Positions 1-9,707 of a DNA stretch of 64,000 bases are shown piece after piece. Source of the DNA: an uncultured Acidobacteriota bacterium (lineage in GTDB: Bacteria; Actinomycetota; Acidimicrobiia; Spongiisociales; ZC4RG35); assembly GCA_963810465.1 (NCBI GenBank), contig CAWENM010000002.1, forward strand, positions 518,791 through 582,790, written 5' to 3'. The position numbers were made by a program, and so were the translations under genes. A model generated the notes under the pieces. It saw only the letters and a program-made list of their open reading frames with translations. It was not told where the DNA came from and did no database searches. Every line of letters starts with the position of its first letter. The stretch's first letter is position 1.

Positions 1-6
1 AAGGCC

Positions 7-609
7 ATGCCCTTTCTGACCCTGACGCTCTCGACGTTGATCGTCGTCGGCTCGTTGGTCCCAGCTTCGCCGGCGCAGGCCGCCACCGAGCCGCCGTTCA
101 TCCTCGACTTCCCTCAGGATGCGCAACCCACGGTTTTCTCGTCGACCTTCGGAGCCTCCAGGTCGGGTGGTCGTCACCATGAGGGCAACGACCTGATGGC
201 CCCGAAGCTGACACATGTCTATGCGGCTGCGGAAGGGATCGTCACGGTTGTCGACACCCACGGCAGCGCGGGCAGATATGTCGAGATCCAGCACCAGGCC
301 GGATGGTCAACTCGCTATCTCCATCTCAACAACGATGATCCGGGGACGGACAACGGGAGTGCTGACTGGTCACTCACCATCGTCCCGGGGCTCGTTGTGG
401 GAAGTCATGTCGAGGCGGGCCAGCACATCGGGTACGTCGGTGATTCGGGGAACGCCGAGTGGACCGGGTCCCACACCCATTTCGAGCTGGCCTACGAAGG
501 TGGGGAGGTCGACCCGTATCCGATCCTCAAAGACGCATACGCCCGAGCGATGCAGGTGCGTGCCGCGGCCCGGGCGTCGATGAGATTCGGTGAGGCCAAG
601 CTGTCCTGA
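7..609 (+). CDS. Secreted M23 family metallopeptidase
   Basis: Signal peptide (AQA); M23 motifs HEGND, YLHL, HTHFEL and GYVGDSGNA. Confidence 0.85.
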   Translation: MPFLTLTLSTLIVVGSLVPASPAQAATEPPFILDFPQDAQPTVFSSTFGASRSGGRHHEGNDLMAPKLTHVYAAAEGIVTVVDTHGSAGRYVEIQHQAGWSTRYLHLNNDDPGTDNGSADWSLTIVPGLVVGSHVEAGQHIGYVGDSGNAEWTGSHTHFELAYEGGEVDPYPILKDAYARAMQVRAAARASMRFGEAKLS

Positions 610-612
610 AGA

Positions 613-1057
613 TCACGTAGGTAGGAAGCGTGCGTCGTCGAGGGCAGCTACTTCGGCGACGAGGTCGGGATGATCAGGAGACACCGTTCGCACTTCCCTG
701 ACCTCTGACGGGCGGTGGCTCTCCGTCGTGCACCCAGATGACCCGGGTGACTCCTGAGGCGGCGGCTGCCGCAGCCCACCCCTCCAACACCATTACCTCG
801 CTGGTGGCAAAAGAGCGCTCCCGCTCATCGCGCGCCGCGTCGGTGATCAACACTGCCGTAAAACAGTTCATGCAAGCGCCCTGGACGTGACTGTCGTCTG
901 ACACGTCCCCCAAAGCGACCTTGACCCCCAGCTCCCTCAGTTCCGCACCGGCGCCCGGGTCCGAGACGAAGGCACGAACCTCGCGCCCCGGCGCTACCAA
1001 CTCTTCTACGACCGCCCGACCCTTCGAGGTGTCGGCGCCGACCACGATCACCGGCAT
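613..1057 (-). CDS. NAD(P)H-binding (NmrA/SDR-like) protein, probable frameshift near 703
   Basis: Rossmann-like start MPVIVVGADTSKGRAVV..VRAFV..ALGDVSD from ATG 1057. Frame stops at 674, but the adjacent frame continues VREVRTVSPDHPDLVAEVAALDDARFLPT to TGA 615-613. Confidence 0.65.
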
Positions 1058-1169
1058 ATTCCGAAACTTACCTCTTGGCGTCGCATGTCCGGACGTCCAA
1101 CGGCATTTGACCTGGTTTCGCCAGTCAGCCCCTTCCGGTACAATCGCACTATCGGGATAGTGGAAATTC

Positions 1170-1183
1170 GACACCCCGTTGTC
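1170..1183. promoter_or_regulatory. Candidate SufR-type operator upstream of sufB
   Basis: Palindrome GACA-ccccgt-TGTC downstream of a TACAAT -10 hexamer (1139-1144) and upstream of sufB. Confidence 0.35.
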
Positions 1184-1232
1184 CCGTTCACATAAGAGGC
1201 CCATCAGAAGCGAATTATCGAGGTGATTGTCC

Positions 1233-2642
1233 GTGGCCACTGTTGACCTGGATCTCGGCGCCTACCAGCTCGGCTGGAAGGACGAAATCGAGTATGCCTT
1301 CACACCACGGAAGGGTCTCGATGAGGACGTGATCCGAGAGATGTCGGCCATGAAGAAGGAGCCCGAGTGGATGCTCGAGTTCCGTCTCAAGGCCTATCAG
1401 CGGTTCCTGCGCAAGCCAATCCCGCAATGGGGTGGCGGCGGGGCCCTGAACACCATCGACTTCGACGACATCTACTACTACGTCAAGCCGGCAGGTGAGC
1501 AGCAGAAAGACTGGGACATGGTCCCCGAGTCGATCAAGGCCACCTACGAGAAGCTGGGCATTCCCCAAGCCGAACGCAAGTACCTGGCTGGAGTAACTGC
1601 GCAATATGAGTCCGAGGTCGTGTACCACCGCAACCGGGAGGACCTGGAGAAGCTCGGCGTCCTCTTCACCGACATGGACACCGCCCTGCGTGAGTACCCC
1701 GAGATCGTCAAAGAGTACTTCGGCACCATCATCCCGCCCAACGACAACAAGTTCGCCGCACTCAACTCGGCGGTGTGGTCGGGAGGGTCGTTCATCTACG
1801 TCCCGCCGGGGGTGCATGTCGACCAGCCGTTGCAGGCCTACTTCCGGATCAACTCCGAGAACATGGGTCAGTTCGAGCGGACACTGATCATCGTCGACGA
1901 AGGCGCCTACGTTCACTACGTCGAGGGCTGCTCGGCGCCGGTCTACACCACCGACTCCCTTCACGCCGCAGTGGTCGAGATCGTGGTCAAGGAGGGTGGG
2001 CGCTGCCGCTACACCACGATCCAGAACTGGTCGAACAACGTCTTCAACCTGGTGACCAAGCGCGCCGCGGCCTACCGAAATGCCACCATGGAATGGGTGG
2101 ACGGGAATCTAGGGTCCCGCCTCACCATGAAATACCCGGCGGTGTGGCTGATGGAGCCGGGCGCCCATGGCGAGGTCCTTTCCATCGCCTTCGCCGGCGA
2201 GGGCCAGCACCAGGATGCCGGAGCCAAGATCATCCACGTCGCCCCTGACACGACTTCCACCATCGTCTCCAAGTCGATCTCGAAGAGCGGCGGGCGCGCC
2301 GGATATCGGGGTCTGGTCCGGGTCGAGCCAGGTGCCGAGAACGCCAAGTCGTTCGTCCGCTGCGACGCCCTGATCCTCGACGAGGAGAGTCGTTCCGACA
2401 CCTACCCGTACATGGAGATCGAGGAGAACGACGCCGAGATCGGCCATGAGGCCACGGTGTCCAAGGTCGGCGAGGAGCAGCTCTTCTACCTCATGTCCCG
2501 GGGTCTGACCGAGGACCAGGCGACGACGATGATCGTGGCCGGGTTCATCGAGCCCATCATCAAGGAGCTCCCGATGGAGTACGCGGTGGAGATGAACCGG
2601 CTCATCGAGCTCAACATGGTGGAAGCGGGGGCCGTTGGTTAG
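1233..2642 (+). CDS. sufB: Fe-S cluster assembly protein SufB
   Basis: SufB motifs [51 protein letters not shown]; SD GAGGTG before GTG 1233. Confidence 0.97.
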   Translation: MATVDLDLGAYQLGWKDEIEYAFTPRKGLDEDVIREMSAMKKEPEWMLEFRLKAYQRFLRKPIPQWGGGGALNTIDFDDIYYYVKPAGEQQKDWDMVPESIKATYEKLGIPQAERKYLAGVTAQYESEVVYHRNREDLEKLGVLFTDMDTALREYPEIVKEYFGTIIPPNDNKFAALNSAVWSGGSFIYVPPGVHVDQPLQAYFRINSENMGQFERTLIIVDEGAYVHYVEGCSAPVYTTDSLHAAVVEIVVKEGGRCRYTTIQNWSNNVFNLVTKRAAAYRNATMEWVDGNLGSRLTMKYPAVWLMEPGAHGEVLSIAFAGEGQHQDAGAKIIHVAPDTTSTIVSKSISKSGGRAGYRGLVRVEPGAENAKSFVRCDALILDEESRSDTYPYMEIEENDAEIGHEATVSKVGEEQLFYLMSRGLTEDQATTMIVAGFIEPIIKELPMEYAVEMNRLIELNMVEAGAVG

Positions 2643-2660
2643 GACGACTACGTCGTCCTA
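2640..2660. terminator. Hairpin between convergent genes
   Basis: TAGGACGAC-tac-GTCGTCCTA, a 9-bp perfect inverted repeat starting at the sufB stop. Confidence 0.45.
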
Positions 2661-2679
2661 GGTTCTACGTCTTTACGTT

Positions 2680-3036
2680 CTACGTTTTCCCGCGTCGGGC
2701 GTCGAGTTTCTGGATCAATTCGTGGGACGCCAGCTCGATCTCCTTGTGGTCCCATTGGGTCGCCCGAAATCGGCACGCCATCAGCCCGCTGCGATGGAGA
2801 CGGCGCAGGTCACCGAACACGAAGGCGTAGCGGGCCTTGGTCTCCTCCGGTGCGCCTTCCGTCAGCCCGAGATGCCATAGGGAGTACGCCTCCCAGTCGT
2901 TGCGCTCGAGGAACTCGTTCTCCGAGGCGGCGCTCGGTTGCACGTCCGACCATTCGCTGCGCACCACGTATTGACGCGCCTCGATCAGCTCTTCGGCCTT
3001 GGCAACTGCAGCCTTGTTGACGAGGTACTTGGGCAT
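2680..3036 (-). CDS. Conserved hypothetical protein
   Basis: Protein-like ORF (WSDVQPS..WHLGL..YAFVFGDLRRLHRSGL) convergent on sufB; start ATG 3036 or GTG 3051. Confidence 0.7.
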   Translation of the reverse strand: MPKYLVNKAAVAKAEELIEARQYVVRSEWSDVQPSAASENEFLERNDWEAYSLWHLGLTEGAPEETKARYAFVFGDLRRLHRSGLMACRFRATQWDHKEIELASHELIQKLDARRGKT

Positions 3037-3151
3037 CGCTTCCGTCGACACCTACCACCACGGTCACGGCCACAAACCACGCTGGGACCCACCCGACTTA
3101 TCCTTGTCCCAACCGTGAGCCCGGAGCCAATCCATTAGTACCTACCTCGGG

Positions 3152-4447
3152 TTGGGCGCGGTCGTCCTGCTCATCCTGCTCACTGGTTTCTTCGTGGCCG
3201 CCGAGTTCGCGCTCGTCGCCGTCGATCGCAGCAACGTGGAGCGACGGGCGGAGGATGGTGATCGGAGGGCGCGGCGCATCCTCGCCTCCCTGCGCAATCT
3301 CTCCTTCGAGCTTTCCGGTGCGCAGCTCGGGATAACGGTGACGTCGCTGATCCTCGGTGCGATCGCCGAGCCGACAGTGGCGAGGCTGATCCAACCTGGG
3401 ATCTCCTCGCTCCCATTCGTCACCGATACCGCAGCGCCTGCGGTGTCGGTGGTGATCGCATTCATCCTGGCGACGGGGGCGGCCATGGTGTTCGGTGAGC
3501 TGGTGCCCAAGAACCTGGCCATTGCCAGGCCGTACTTCTCCGGGGTCTGGTTCGCTATTCCCCTCCAGGTCGTCAACCGCGTGCTTCGCCGGCTGATCCT
3601 CTTCCTGAACGAGTCGGCCAACTGGACGGTCCGCAAGCTGGGCATCGAGCCCAGGGAGGAGCTGGCCGGTGTTCGGTCGATGGAGGAGCTCGAGCTGATG
3701 ATCCGATCATCGGGTGAGGAGGGTCGTTTGGACGACGATGAGATGGAGCTGCTCACCCGGGCCATCACCTTCACCGAAAAGGTCGCTGCGGATGCAATGG
3801 TTCCCAGGGTCTCGGTCGTGGGGCTGAGCCGCCATGACTCGGTCGCCGAGCTCCGGAGGACCTCGGCTGCTACCGGCCACTCACGATTCCCGGTGTTCGA
3901 CGAGGACCTCGATGACATCGTCGGCGTCGTTCACGTCAAAGACAGCTTCAACGTGCCCGAATCGCGGATTCCGCTCACGCCGGTCGGGGAGTTGACTAAA
4001 CCAGCCCTGCAGGTACCGGAGACGAGCACTCTCGAATACCTGCTCACCCAGCTCCAGTCGGCAGGACGGGGGATGGCGGTGATCGTCGACGAATACGGCG
4101 GCACCGCCGGCATCGTCACCATCGAGGACCTCCTCGAGGAGATTTTCGGCGAGATCGAAGACGAGTACGACGCCGAGCCCATCGCAGAATCGGAGAAGGA
4201 AGAGGTTGAAGTCCTTTCCGGGCTCCTGCATCGTCACGAAGTCGAGGCGTTGATCGAATTCGAATGGCCCGAGGGCCGTTATGAGACCCTGGGCGGCTTT
4301 CTGGTCGCCGCACTGGGCCGGTTCCCTCAGGTCGGCGAGAAGATCCGGGTCGGTGAGACGTCTTTCGAGGTGCTGTCGATGGACGGTCACAGGGTCGATC
4401 AGGTGCGTGTCAGCCGAACCGGGGATCGGGAAGGGGACGAGGCGTGA
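3152..4447 (+). CDS. Hemolysin family protein (CNNM/DUF21 + 2 CBS + CorC-HlyC)
   Basis: FFVAAEFALV, AQLGITVTSL, GELVPKN, HSRFPV, VDEYGGTAGIVTIEDLLEE; true start may be GTG 3115 via a frameshift. Confidence 0.92.
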   Translation: MGAVVLLILLTGFFVAAEFALVAVDRSNVERRAEDGDRRARRILASLRNLSFELSGAQLGITVTSLILGAIAEPTVARLIQPGISSLPFVTDTAAPAVSVVIAFILATGAAMVFGELVPKNLAIARPYFSGVWFAIPLQVVNRVLRRLILFLNESANWTVRKLGIEPREELAGVRSMEELELMIRSSGEEGRLDDDEMELLTRAITFTEKVAADAMVPRVSVVGLSRHDSVAELRRTSAATGHSRFPVFDEDLDDIVGVVHVKDSFNVPESRIPLTPVGELTKPALQVPETSTLEYLLTQLQSAGRGMAVIVDEYGGTAGIVTIEDLLEEIFGEIEDEYDAEPIAESEKEEVEVLSGLLHRHEVEALIEFEWPEGRYETLGGFLVAALGRFPQVGEKIRVGETSFEVLSMDGHRVDQVRVSRTGDREGDEA

Positions 4448-5742
4448 ACTGGCCTGCTTTTCTCTGGCTGGTCCTACTCCTCCTGGCCAACGGGTTCTTT
4501 GTCGCGGCCGAATTCGCCTACATCACGGCGCGGCGCAACGTCCTGGAGCAGGTACCGCGGAGGTCGGCCCAGATCGCCGTGGGGCTGAACAAGAACCTCA
4601 CACTCAGTCTGGCCGCGGCCCAACTCGGCATCACGATGGCTTCGCTGTTGCTCGGTGCCGTGGCCGAGCCTGCCGTTGCGTCGATCTTCGAGCTCGGCCT
4701 CGGATTCCTCCCGTTATCCGAGAACGTGATTCACGGCATATCCCTGGTCATCGCACTCCTCATCGTCGTGTTCCTTCACATGGTGGTGGGGGAGATGGCG
4801 CCGAAGAACATCACGATCTCTGCTCCGGAACGAACCGCCGTGCTCCTCGCCATGCCGTTCCGCGGCTTCATCCTCCTCTTCCGGCCCCTGATCGCCCTTC
4901 TCAATGCCAGTGCCAATGGAGTGCTCCGCCTGTTCGGAGTTCGGCCGACGGACGCTCTCGAAGTCGGCCATTCAGCGGAGGACTTGGCGGTGATAATCGG
5001 GACCGGCAGGAAGGAGGGGGTCATCGAGGACTTCGCCCATCGCCTGCTCACGGGCGCCATCGTCTTCGGGGATCTCGACGCCTCCGAGGTCATGGTCCCC
5101 AGGCCGGACATCGTGGCCGCCCCTTCTGACACGCCCGTGGCCGGGATTCAGGAGATGATGAGGATCACGGGTCATTCGCGTATCCCCATATACGACGACG
5201 ATCTCGACAACGTCGCCGGCTTGATCCACGTCAAGGACCTGATGACTGAAGAAATAGACCGGGATGCTCCGTTGCCCCCCGAACGCCTCAGGGAGCCACT
5301 TGTAGTCCCGGAGACTGCCCCGCTGCGATCTGTGCTCGACGAGATGCGACAGGCTCGATCCCATCTGGCCGTAGTGGTCGACGAGCACGGCAGCACGGCA
5401 GGGATCATCACGATGGAGGACATCGCCGAGGAGCTCGTCGGCGAGATCGCCGACGAGCACGACCCACGTCAGGAGCTGGTATCGGTGGAGCCAAACGGTC
5501 GAATCGTGGCCGCAGGCACCATGCGTCCTGGCGAGTTGGCCAGGTACGGAGTGAAGTTGCCTTCGGGTGACTATGAGACGATCGGGGGTCTCGTCATGGA
5601 CCGTCTCGGGCGCTTGCCGCGTCGCGGAGACGAGATCGAGGACGAAGGCTGGAGGCTACGTGTCCGCAGCATCGAGGGGCGCCGGGTCGGGGAGGTCGAG
5701 ATAACCCCTGTGGACGGAGCAACGCCCGACCAAGGGAGCTAG
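4444..5742 (+). CDS. Hemolysin family protein (CNNM/CBS/CorC), second paralog
   Basis: ANGFFVAAEFA, GEMAPKN, HSRIPI, VDEHGSTAGIITMED; GTGA overlap. Confidence 0.93.
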   Translation: MNWPAFLWLVLLLLANGFFVAAEFAYITARRNVLEQVPRRSAQIAVGLNKNLTLSLAAAQLGITMASLLLGAVAEPAVASIFELGLGFLPLSENVIHGISLVIALLIVVFLHMVVGEMAPKNITISAPERTAVLLAMPFRGFILLFRPLIALLNASANGVLRLFGVRPTDALEVGHSAEDLAVIIGTGRKEGVIEDFAHRLLTGAIVFGDLDASEVMVPRPDIVAAPSDTPVAGIQEMMRITGHSRIPIYDDDLDNVAGLIHVKDLMTEEIDRDAPLPPERLREPLVVPETAPLRSVLDEMRQARSHLAVVVDEHGSTAGIITMEDIAEELVGEIADEHDPRQELVSVEPNGRIVAAGTMRPGELARYGVKLPSGDYETIGGLVMDRLGRLPRRGDEIEDEGWRLRVRSIEGRRVGEVEITPVDGATPDQGS

Positions 5743-6003
5743 TTGGAGCGACCTACTACGTACCCGAGAAGAAGACCGCCGACGGCCGCCCACACGAGGG
5801 AGAACCCGTCTCCAACGGATGCGATCGCCGGGGCACCGGCGATCTTCATGATCGCCGACGCGGCGATACCACCGATGATCCCGATGAGGATTGCACCGAG
5901 GAGATTGCTGGCGTTGGCAACGAATCCGGCGATAAGGCCTGCGACACCGCCGACCGCCCCGGCGATGGCGAGCGCCTGCCACGTGGATGCGTCTAGGAAC
6001 ACC
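5739..6003 (-). CDS. Small Gly/Ala-rich membrane protein (GlsB/YeaQ-like)
   Basis: Three hydrophobic segments, ILIGIIGG..WAAVGG; start uncertain. Confidence 0.6.
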
Positions 6004-6048
6004 GCGGCACACCTGCTGTTAGAGGGGCCGCTGTGCAGGTCCACTGTC

Positions 6049-6225
6049 TCAGGCTGAGACGACCTTCTCCTCGACGACGGCCTTCATGGGGAATTGGACC
6101 GAGCGTCCTGCCATGCTGAATGGCTCGGTCAGCATCACCACGATCGTCGCCGGCCCACGTGAGACCACGTGGCCCGTGAAGGTGTGAAATCCGTCTTGAT
6201 CTTGGGTTATGAAAGTAACGACCAT
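6049..6225 (-). CDS. Small hypothetical protein
   Basis: About 58-aa beta-rich ORF filling the intergenic gap, TACTTT just upstream. Confidence 0.45.
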   Translation of the reverse strand: MVVTFITQDQDGFHTFTGHVVSRGPATIVVMLTEPFSMAGRSVQFPMKAVVEEKVVSA

Positions 6226-6359
6226 TTGCAAAGTATCCGACTCACATCATCGTCACTCGGTTTCACTATCAGTTGGGTCGCTGGACCCATACTGGTACGG
6301 AGCGACGACGACTCTTGGTTTATCAATTCGTTACCCGCCGCCTCCTAGCTTGGTGAAAA

Positions 6360-7034
6360 GTGCGCCTTTTAATAGTTGAGGACGAGCCGGACCTGGCCAA
6401 CGCGATCGCCAGGGGCTTGCGCCGTGACGGTCACGCAGTCGACACCGCATTGACTGCCTCCGACGCCGACATCAAGCTCCGCACCGCTACTTACGACCTC
6501 GTTTGCCTGGATTGGAGCCTCCCCGACGGCTCGGGTATTTCGCTCTGCCGCCGGCTGGTGAGTGGCGAACTGCCAACTCTCGAGGGCGAGCGGCCGCGGA
6601 TCCTCATGCTCACTGCCCGCGACGGGGTCGAGGATCGGGTCACCGGTCTCGACTCCGGCGCAGATGACTATCTGGTCAAGCCGTTTGCATTTGCCGAGCT
6701 GTCGGCGCGGGTGCGTGCGCTGCTCCGGAGGGACGACGGCACCGACCCGGTGCTCGATGTCGGGCCGTTACGGCTCGATCCGGCCCGATTCGAGGCGTCC
6801 AGGGACGGCGTAGCCCTCGATCTCACGGCAAAGGAGTTCTCACTCCTCCACTACTTCATGGCTCATGCCGGTCATGTGCTCAGCCAGGAGCACCTTCTCG
6901 AGCACGTATGGGACGAGATGGCCGATCCAATGACGAATGTGGTCAGAGTCACGGTCAGCAACCTGCGGAAGAAACTCGGCGACCCACCGCTCATCGCCAC
7001 CGTGGCCGGGCGCGGTTACAGGCTGGGTGAGTGA
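6360..7034 (+). CDS. OmpR-family response regulator
   Basis: LIVEDE, LDWSLPD, MLTARD, GADDYLVKPF, LRKKL..GRGY winged helix. Confidence 0.95.
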   Translation: MRLLIVEDEPDLANAIARGLRRDGHAVDTALTASDADIKLRTATYDLVCLDWSLPDGSGISLCRRLVSGELPTLEGERPRILMLTARDGVEDRVTGLDSGADDYLVKPFAFAELSARVRALLRRDDGTDPVLDVGPLRLDPARFEASRDGVALDLTAKEFSLLHYFMAHAGHVLSQEHLLEHVWDEMADPMTNVVRVTVSNLRKKLGDPPLIATVAGRGYRLGE

Positions 7035-8182
7035 TGCAAGCCTGGAACTCGATCCGCTTCCGCCTCTCGGTGCAGTACTCGGCCATCGTTTTCGGTCTGG
7101 GCGGTGCCCTGCTGGGCCTGGTCTACATGGCCCTCAGGAACTGGCTGCGAGCCCAGACGATGACGCGGTATGTGTGGAGCGGGCGCGAGGTGGTGGTGGA
7201 TGGAGTCGAGGTCGTCCTGCCCACCATCGCAGCCCAAGAGGTGCGGGTGATCGAGTCGGTCTACAACGAAATCGTCCTCAACGAAGTGGCCAAGGCCACC
7301 ATCCTCGCCCTGGTGGCCCTATTCCTGCTGAGCATCGTCGTCGGCTGGGTGATGTCGGGCCGGGTCCTCAGACCGGTCAAGGAGATCACGGACGTGGCCC
7401 GTGAGATCCAAGCCTCCGATCTGAGCCGCCGCATTGCCCTCGAGGGCCCTGACGACGAGATCACCCGGCTCGCCGACACCTTCGACGGGATGCTCGAGAG
7501 ACTCGACCGCGCATTTGCCAGCCAGCGGCGGTTCCTCGCCGACACCAGCCACGATCTCCGCACTCCTCTGGCCGTGATCCGATCCAATGTGGAAGTGGTC
7601 GCCGATGACGAGGAGGCGACCGTGACGGACTGGCAGGAAGTGGGAGGGATCGTCCGCCGGAACGCCGAGAAGATGTCCGAGATGATCGACGGGCTCCTCG
7701 CCACCGCACGTCTCCAGACAGGCAAGGCGCAGGCGGTCGCCATCGACCTCGCAGATATCGTCGACGCCAAGGCCTCTGAATACGGCAAGCCCTTGGCGGA
7801 GAATGGAATGGTCCTCGAGAGCGTCGTGGCGCCGGCGCTGGTCGAAGGTGTGCCTGTCGCCCTCGACCGGGCCCTGACCAATCTCCTCGACAATGCCATC
7901 AGTGTGTCGGGCACCGGATCTCGGATCAGGATCGGGACAGGAGTGGTGGACGACTGGGCGTGGATGGCGGTGTCCGACGAAGGCCCGGGCCTGCCCGAGG
8001 AACCGGACGGCGGTCGGATCGGACTCGGGCTCTCCATCGTGGAGCAGATTGCGCAGGGTCACGAGGGCGCCCTCATCTCCGCGATCGGCCCCGATGGCGC
8101 AGGCACCACGATGACCATTTGGATCCCGAACGGCCATGCGACAGATTCCCCGCCCGATTTCACGCCATTTACGGGAGCTTGA
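7031..8182 (+). CDS. HAMP-domain sensor histidine kinase
   Basis: 2 TM, HAMP, H-box SHDLRTPL, NLLDNA, DEGPG, GLGLSIV. Confidence 0.93.
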   Translation: MMQAWNSIRFRLSVQYSAIVFGLGGALLGLVYMALRNWLRAQTMTRYVWSGREVVVDGVEVVLPTIAAQEVRVIESVYNEIVLNEVAKATILALVALFLLSIVVGWVMSGRVLRPVKEITDVAREIQASDLSRRIALEGPDDEITRLADTFDGMLERLDRAFASQRRFLADTSHDLRTPLAVIRSNVEVVADDEEATVTDWQEVGGIVRRNAEKMSEMIDGLLATARLQTGKAQAVAIDLADIVDAKASEYGKPLAENGMVLESVVAPALVEGVPVALDRALTNLLDNAISVSGTGSRIRIGTGVVDDWAWMAVSDEGPGLPEEPDGGRIGLGLSIVEQIAQGHEGALISAIGPDGAGTTMTIWIPNGHATDSPPDFTPFTGA

Positions 8183-8225
8183 TCTCTCGGGTCCTAGGTT
8201 CGATGTGCCAGGAGGTTTCTAGACG

Positions 8226-9452
8226 ATGACAAACGAGGAAATGACACAACACACAGGCCCGTCCGCCACCGAGCAAAGCCCGGTCAGCGACGAGAACCCC
8301 ACCCCACACGGCTCGGTCGCGACCGAGGCGCCGTCCACCCAGGAGATTCCTGAAATCCCGGAGGCGGGTCAGATTCCCCCGCCCGCCGAGCCGATCCAGC
8401 CGGCCAAGGGCGGCTCAGCCCGTATGTCTCCATGGCTGATGGCCTTTCTAGCCCTACTACTGGTAGTCGGCTCCTCGGCGGCGACCTATCTGGTCACCAC
8501 CATCGACAACGACGAGGTACCCGCCGGCCAGACTGCCGAGCCCGGATCCGACGAGCAAGCGGCCGCCGCCGAGCTGGTCCCCGGTGAGGAGCCGGTCGCC
8601 GACGCCGCCGCGGTGATCATGCCCTCGGTGGTCCAGATTCAGGCCGGCCAGGGTGTTGGCTCCGGTGTCATCTACGACTCCAACGGTTTGATCCTGACTG
8701 CGGCTCATGTGGTCGAGGGCGTCGACACCGTCACTGTGCGTTTCGCCGACGGTGAGCAGGTCGAGGGCACCGTCCGTGGTGGCACCTCCGGCGCGGATGT
8801 CGCCGTGGTCGAGGTCGATCGGACGGGTTTGCCGGCGGCCGAGCTGGCGCTCGACGACGATCCGCAAGTAGGCCAGATGGCCATCGCCGTGGGCAGCCCA
8901 TGGGGGCTCCAGGGCACAGTGACCTCCGGGATCATCTCTGCCGTCGATCAGGCAATCCCTCAAGGGACCTCCGCTCGCGCCGTCCTCCAGACCGATGCCG
9001 CCATCAACCCGGGCAACTCCGGTGGACCTCTCGTCGACCGGCAGGGTCGGGTCATCGGGATCAACGTCTCGATCTTCAGCCTGTCCGGCGCCAACGACGG
9101 TGTGGGCTTCGCGGTCCCGATCGACATCGCACACGAGATCTCCGAAAGCATCGTTGCCGGTGAGGAGATCCAGACCGCATACCTCGGGGTTTCCCTCGGC
9201 GCGGTCGAGTCGGGTCAGGGCGGTGCCCTGATCGACGAAGTCACTGCGGGCACCGGCGCCGACGATGCCGGTCTCGAGGTTGGTGACCTGGTCATCTCCA
9301 TCGACGGTGCTCCAGTTCAGGATGGCGGCGATCTCGCTGCGCAGGTGCAGACTCATCAGCCTGGCGACACGGTCGACCTCGTGATCGTCCGTGACGGCAA
9401 CGAAATGACCATCCCGGTGACCATGAGCGAGCGTCCCGCCGACCTCGGCTGA
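8226..9452 (+). CDS. htrA: HtrA/DegP-type membrane serine protease with PDZ domain
   Basis: LTAAHVV, DVAVV, QTDAAINPGNSGG, C-terminal PDZ; SD GGAGG. Confidence 0.93.
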   Translation: MTNEEMTQHTGPSATEQSPVSDENPTPHGSVATEAPSTQEIPEIPEAGQIPPPAEPIQPAKGGSARMSPWLMAFLALLLVVGSSAATYLVTTIDNDEVPAGQTAEPGSDEQAAAAELVPGEEPVADAAAVIMPSVVQIQAGQGVGSGVIYDSNGLILTAAHVVEGVDTVTVRFADGEQVEGTVRGGTSGADVAVVEVDRTGLPAAELALDDDPQVGQMAIAVGSPWGLQGTVTSGIISAVDQAIPQGTSARAVLQTDAAINPGNSGGPLVDRQGRVIGINVSIFSLSGANDGVGFAVPIDIAHEISESIVAGEEIQTAYLGVSLGAVESGQGGALIDEVTAGTGADDAGLEVGDLVISIDGAPVQDGGDLAAQVQTHQPGDTVDLVIVRDGNEMTIPVTMSERPADLG

Positions 9453-9479
9453 TCGAAAGAACCTCAGAGGCTCCTCCCT

Positions 9480-9508
9480 GTGGGCCCGGCTATGATGGCC
9501 GGGCCCAC
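9480..9508. terminator. 11-bp inverted repeat after htrA, with TATGAT in the loop
   Basis: GTGGGCCCGGC-tatgatg-GCCGGGCCCAC. Confidence 0.5.
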
Positions 9509-9514
9509 TGTCAT

Positions 9515-9625
9515 TTGGTGGGTTGCCCCGGAGACAGCGAAGCCGGTTTGACCCCGGCGCTGTCCCGCAACTGTGAAGCCCCCTGACGGGGGACGAGCCA
9601 GGTCGCCTGATCTCCAGGGCCACGA
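9515..9625 (+). ncRNA. Cobalamin riboswitch
   Basis: GAAGCCGGTttgacccCGGCGCTGTCCCGCAACTGTGA...GAGCCAGGTCGCCT core directly upstream of a B12 ABC operon; ends approximate. Confidence 0.9.
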
Positions 9626-9707
9626 CGAAAGTCTCGGATGAAGACGGAAGCGTGGGCTCAGGGAAGCCACCGGCCTCTTCATCCTCCGATAACGGAGGAT
9701 GTGTCTT

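Noticed and set aside
2663-2688. Short TACGT repeats after sufB
   Set aside because: Three degenerate units overlapping a stop codon; too short to interpret
3152-5742. Tandem hemolysin/CNNM paralogs as a novelty or as toxins
   Set aside because: Tandem pairs are common in Actinobacteria; the family is linked to Mg/Co transport
7960-8060. Shortened ATP lid in the histidine kinase (DEGPG..GLGL with no F box)
   Set aside because: H, N, G1 and G2 boxes are present; lid length varies widely and there is no sign of inactivation
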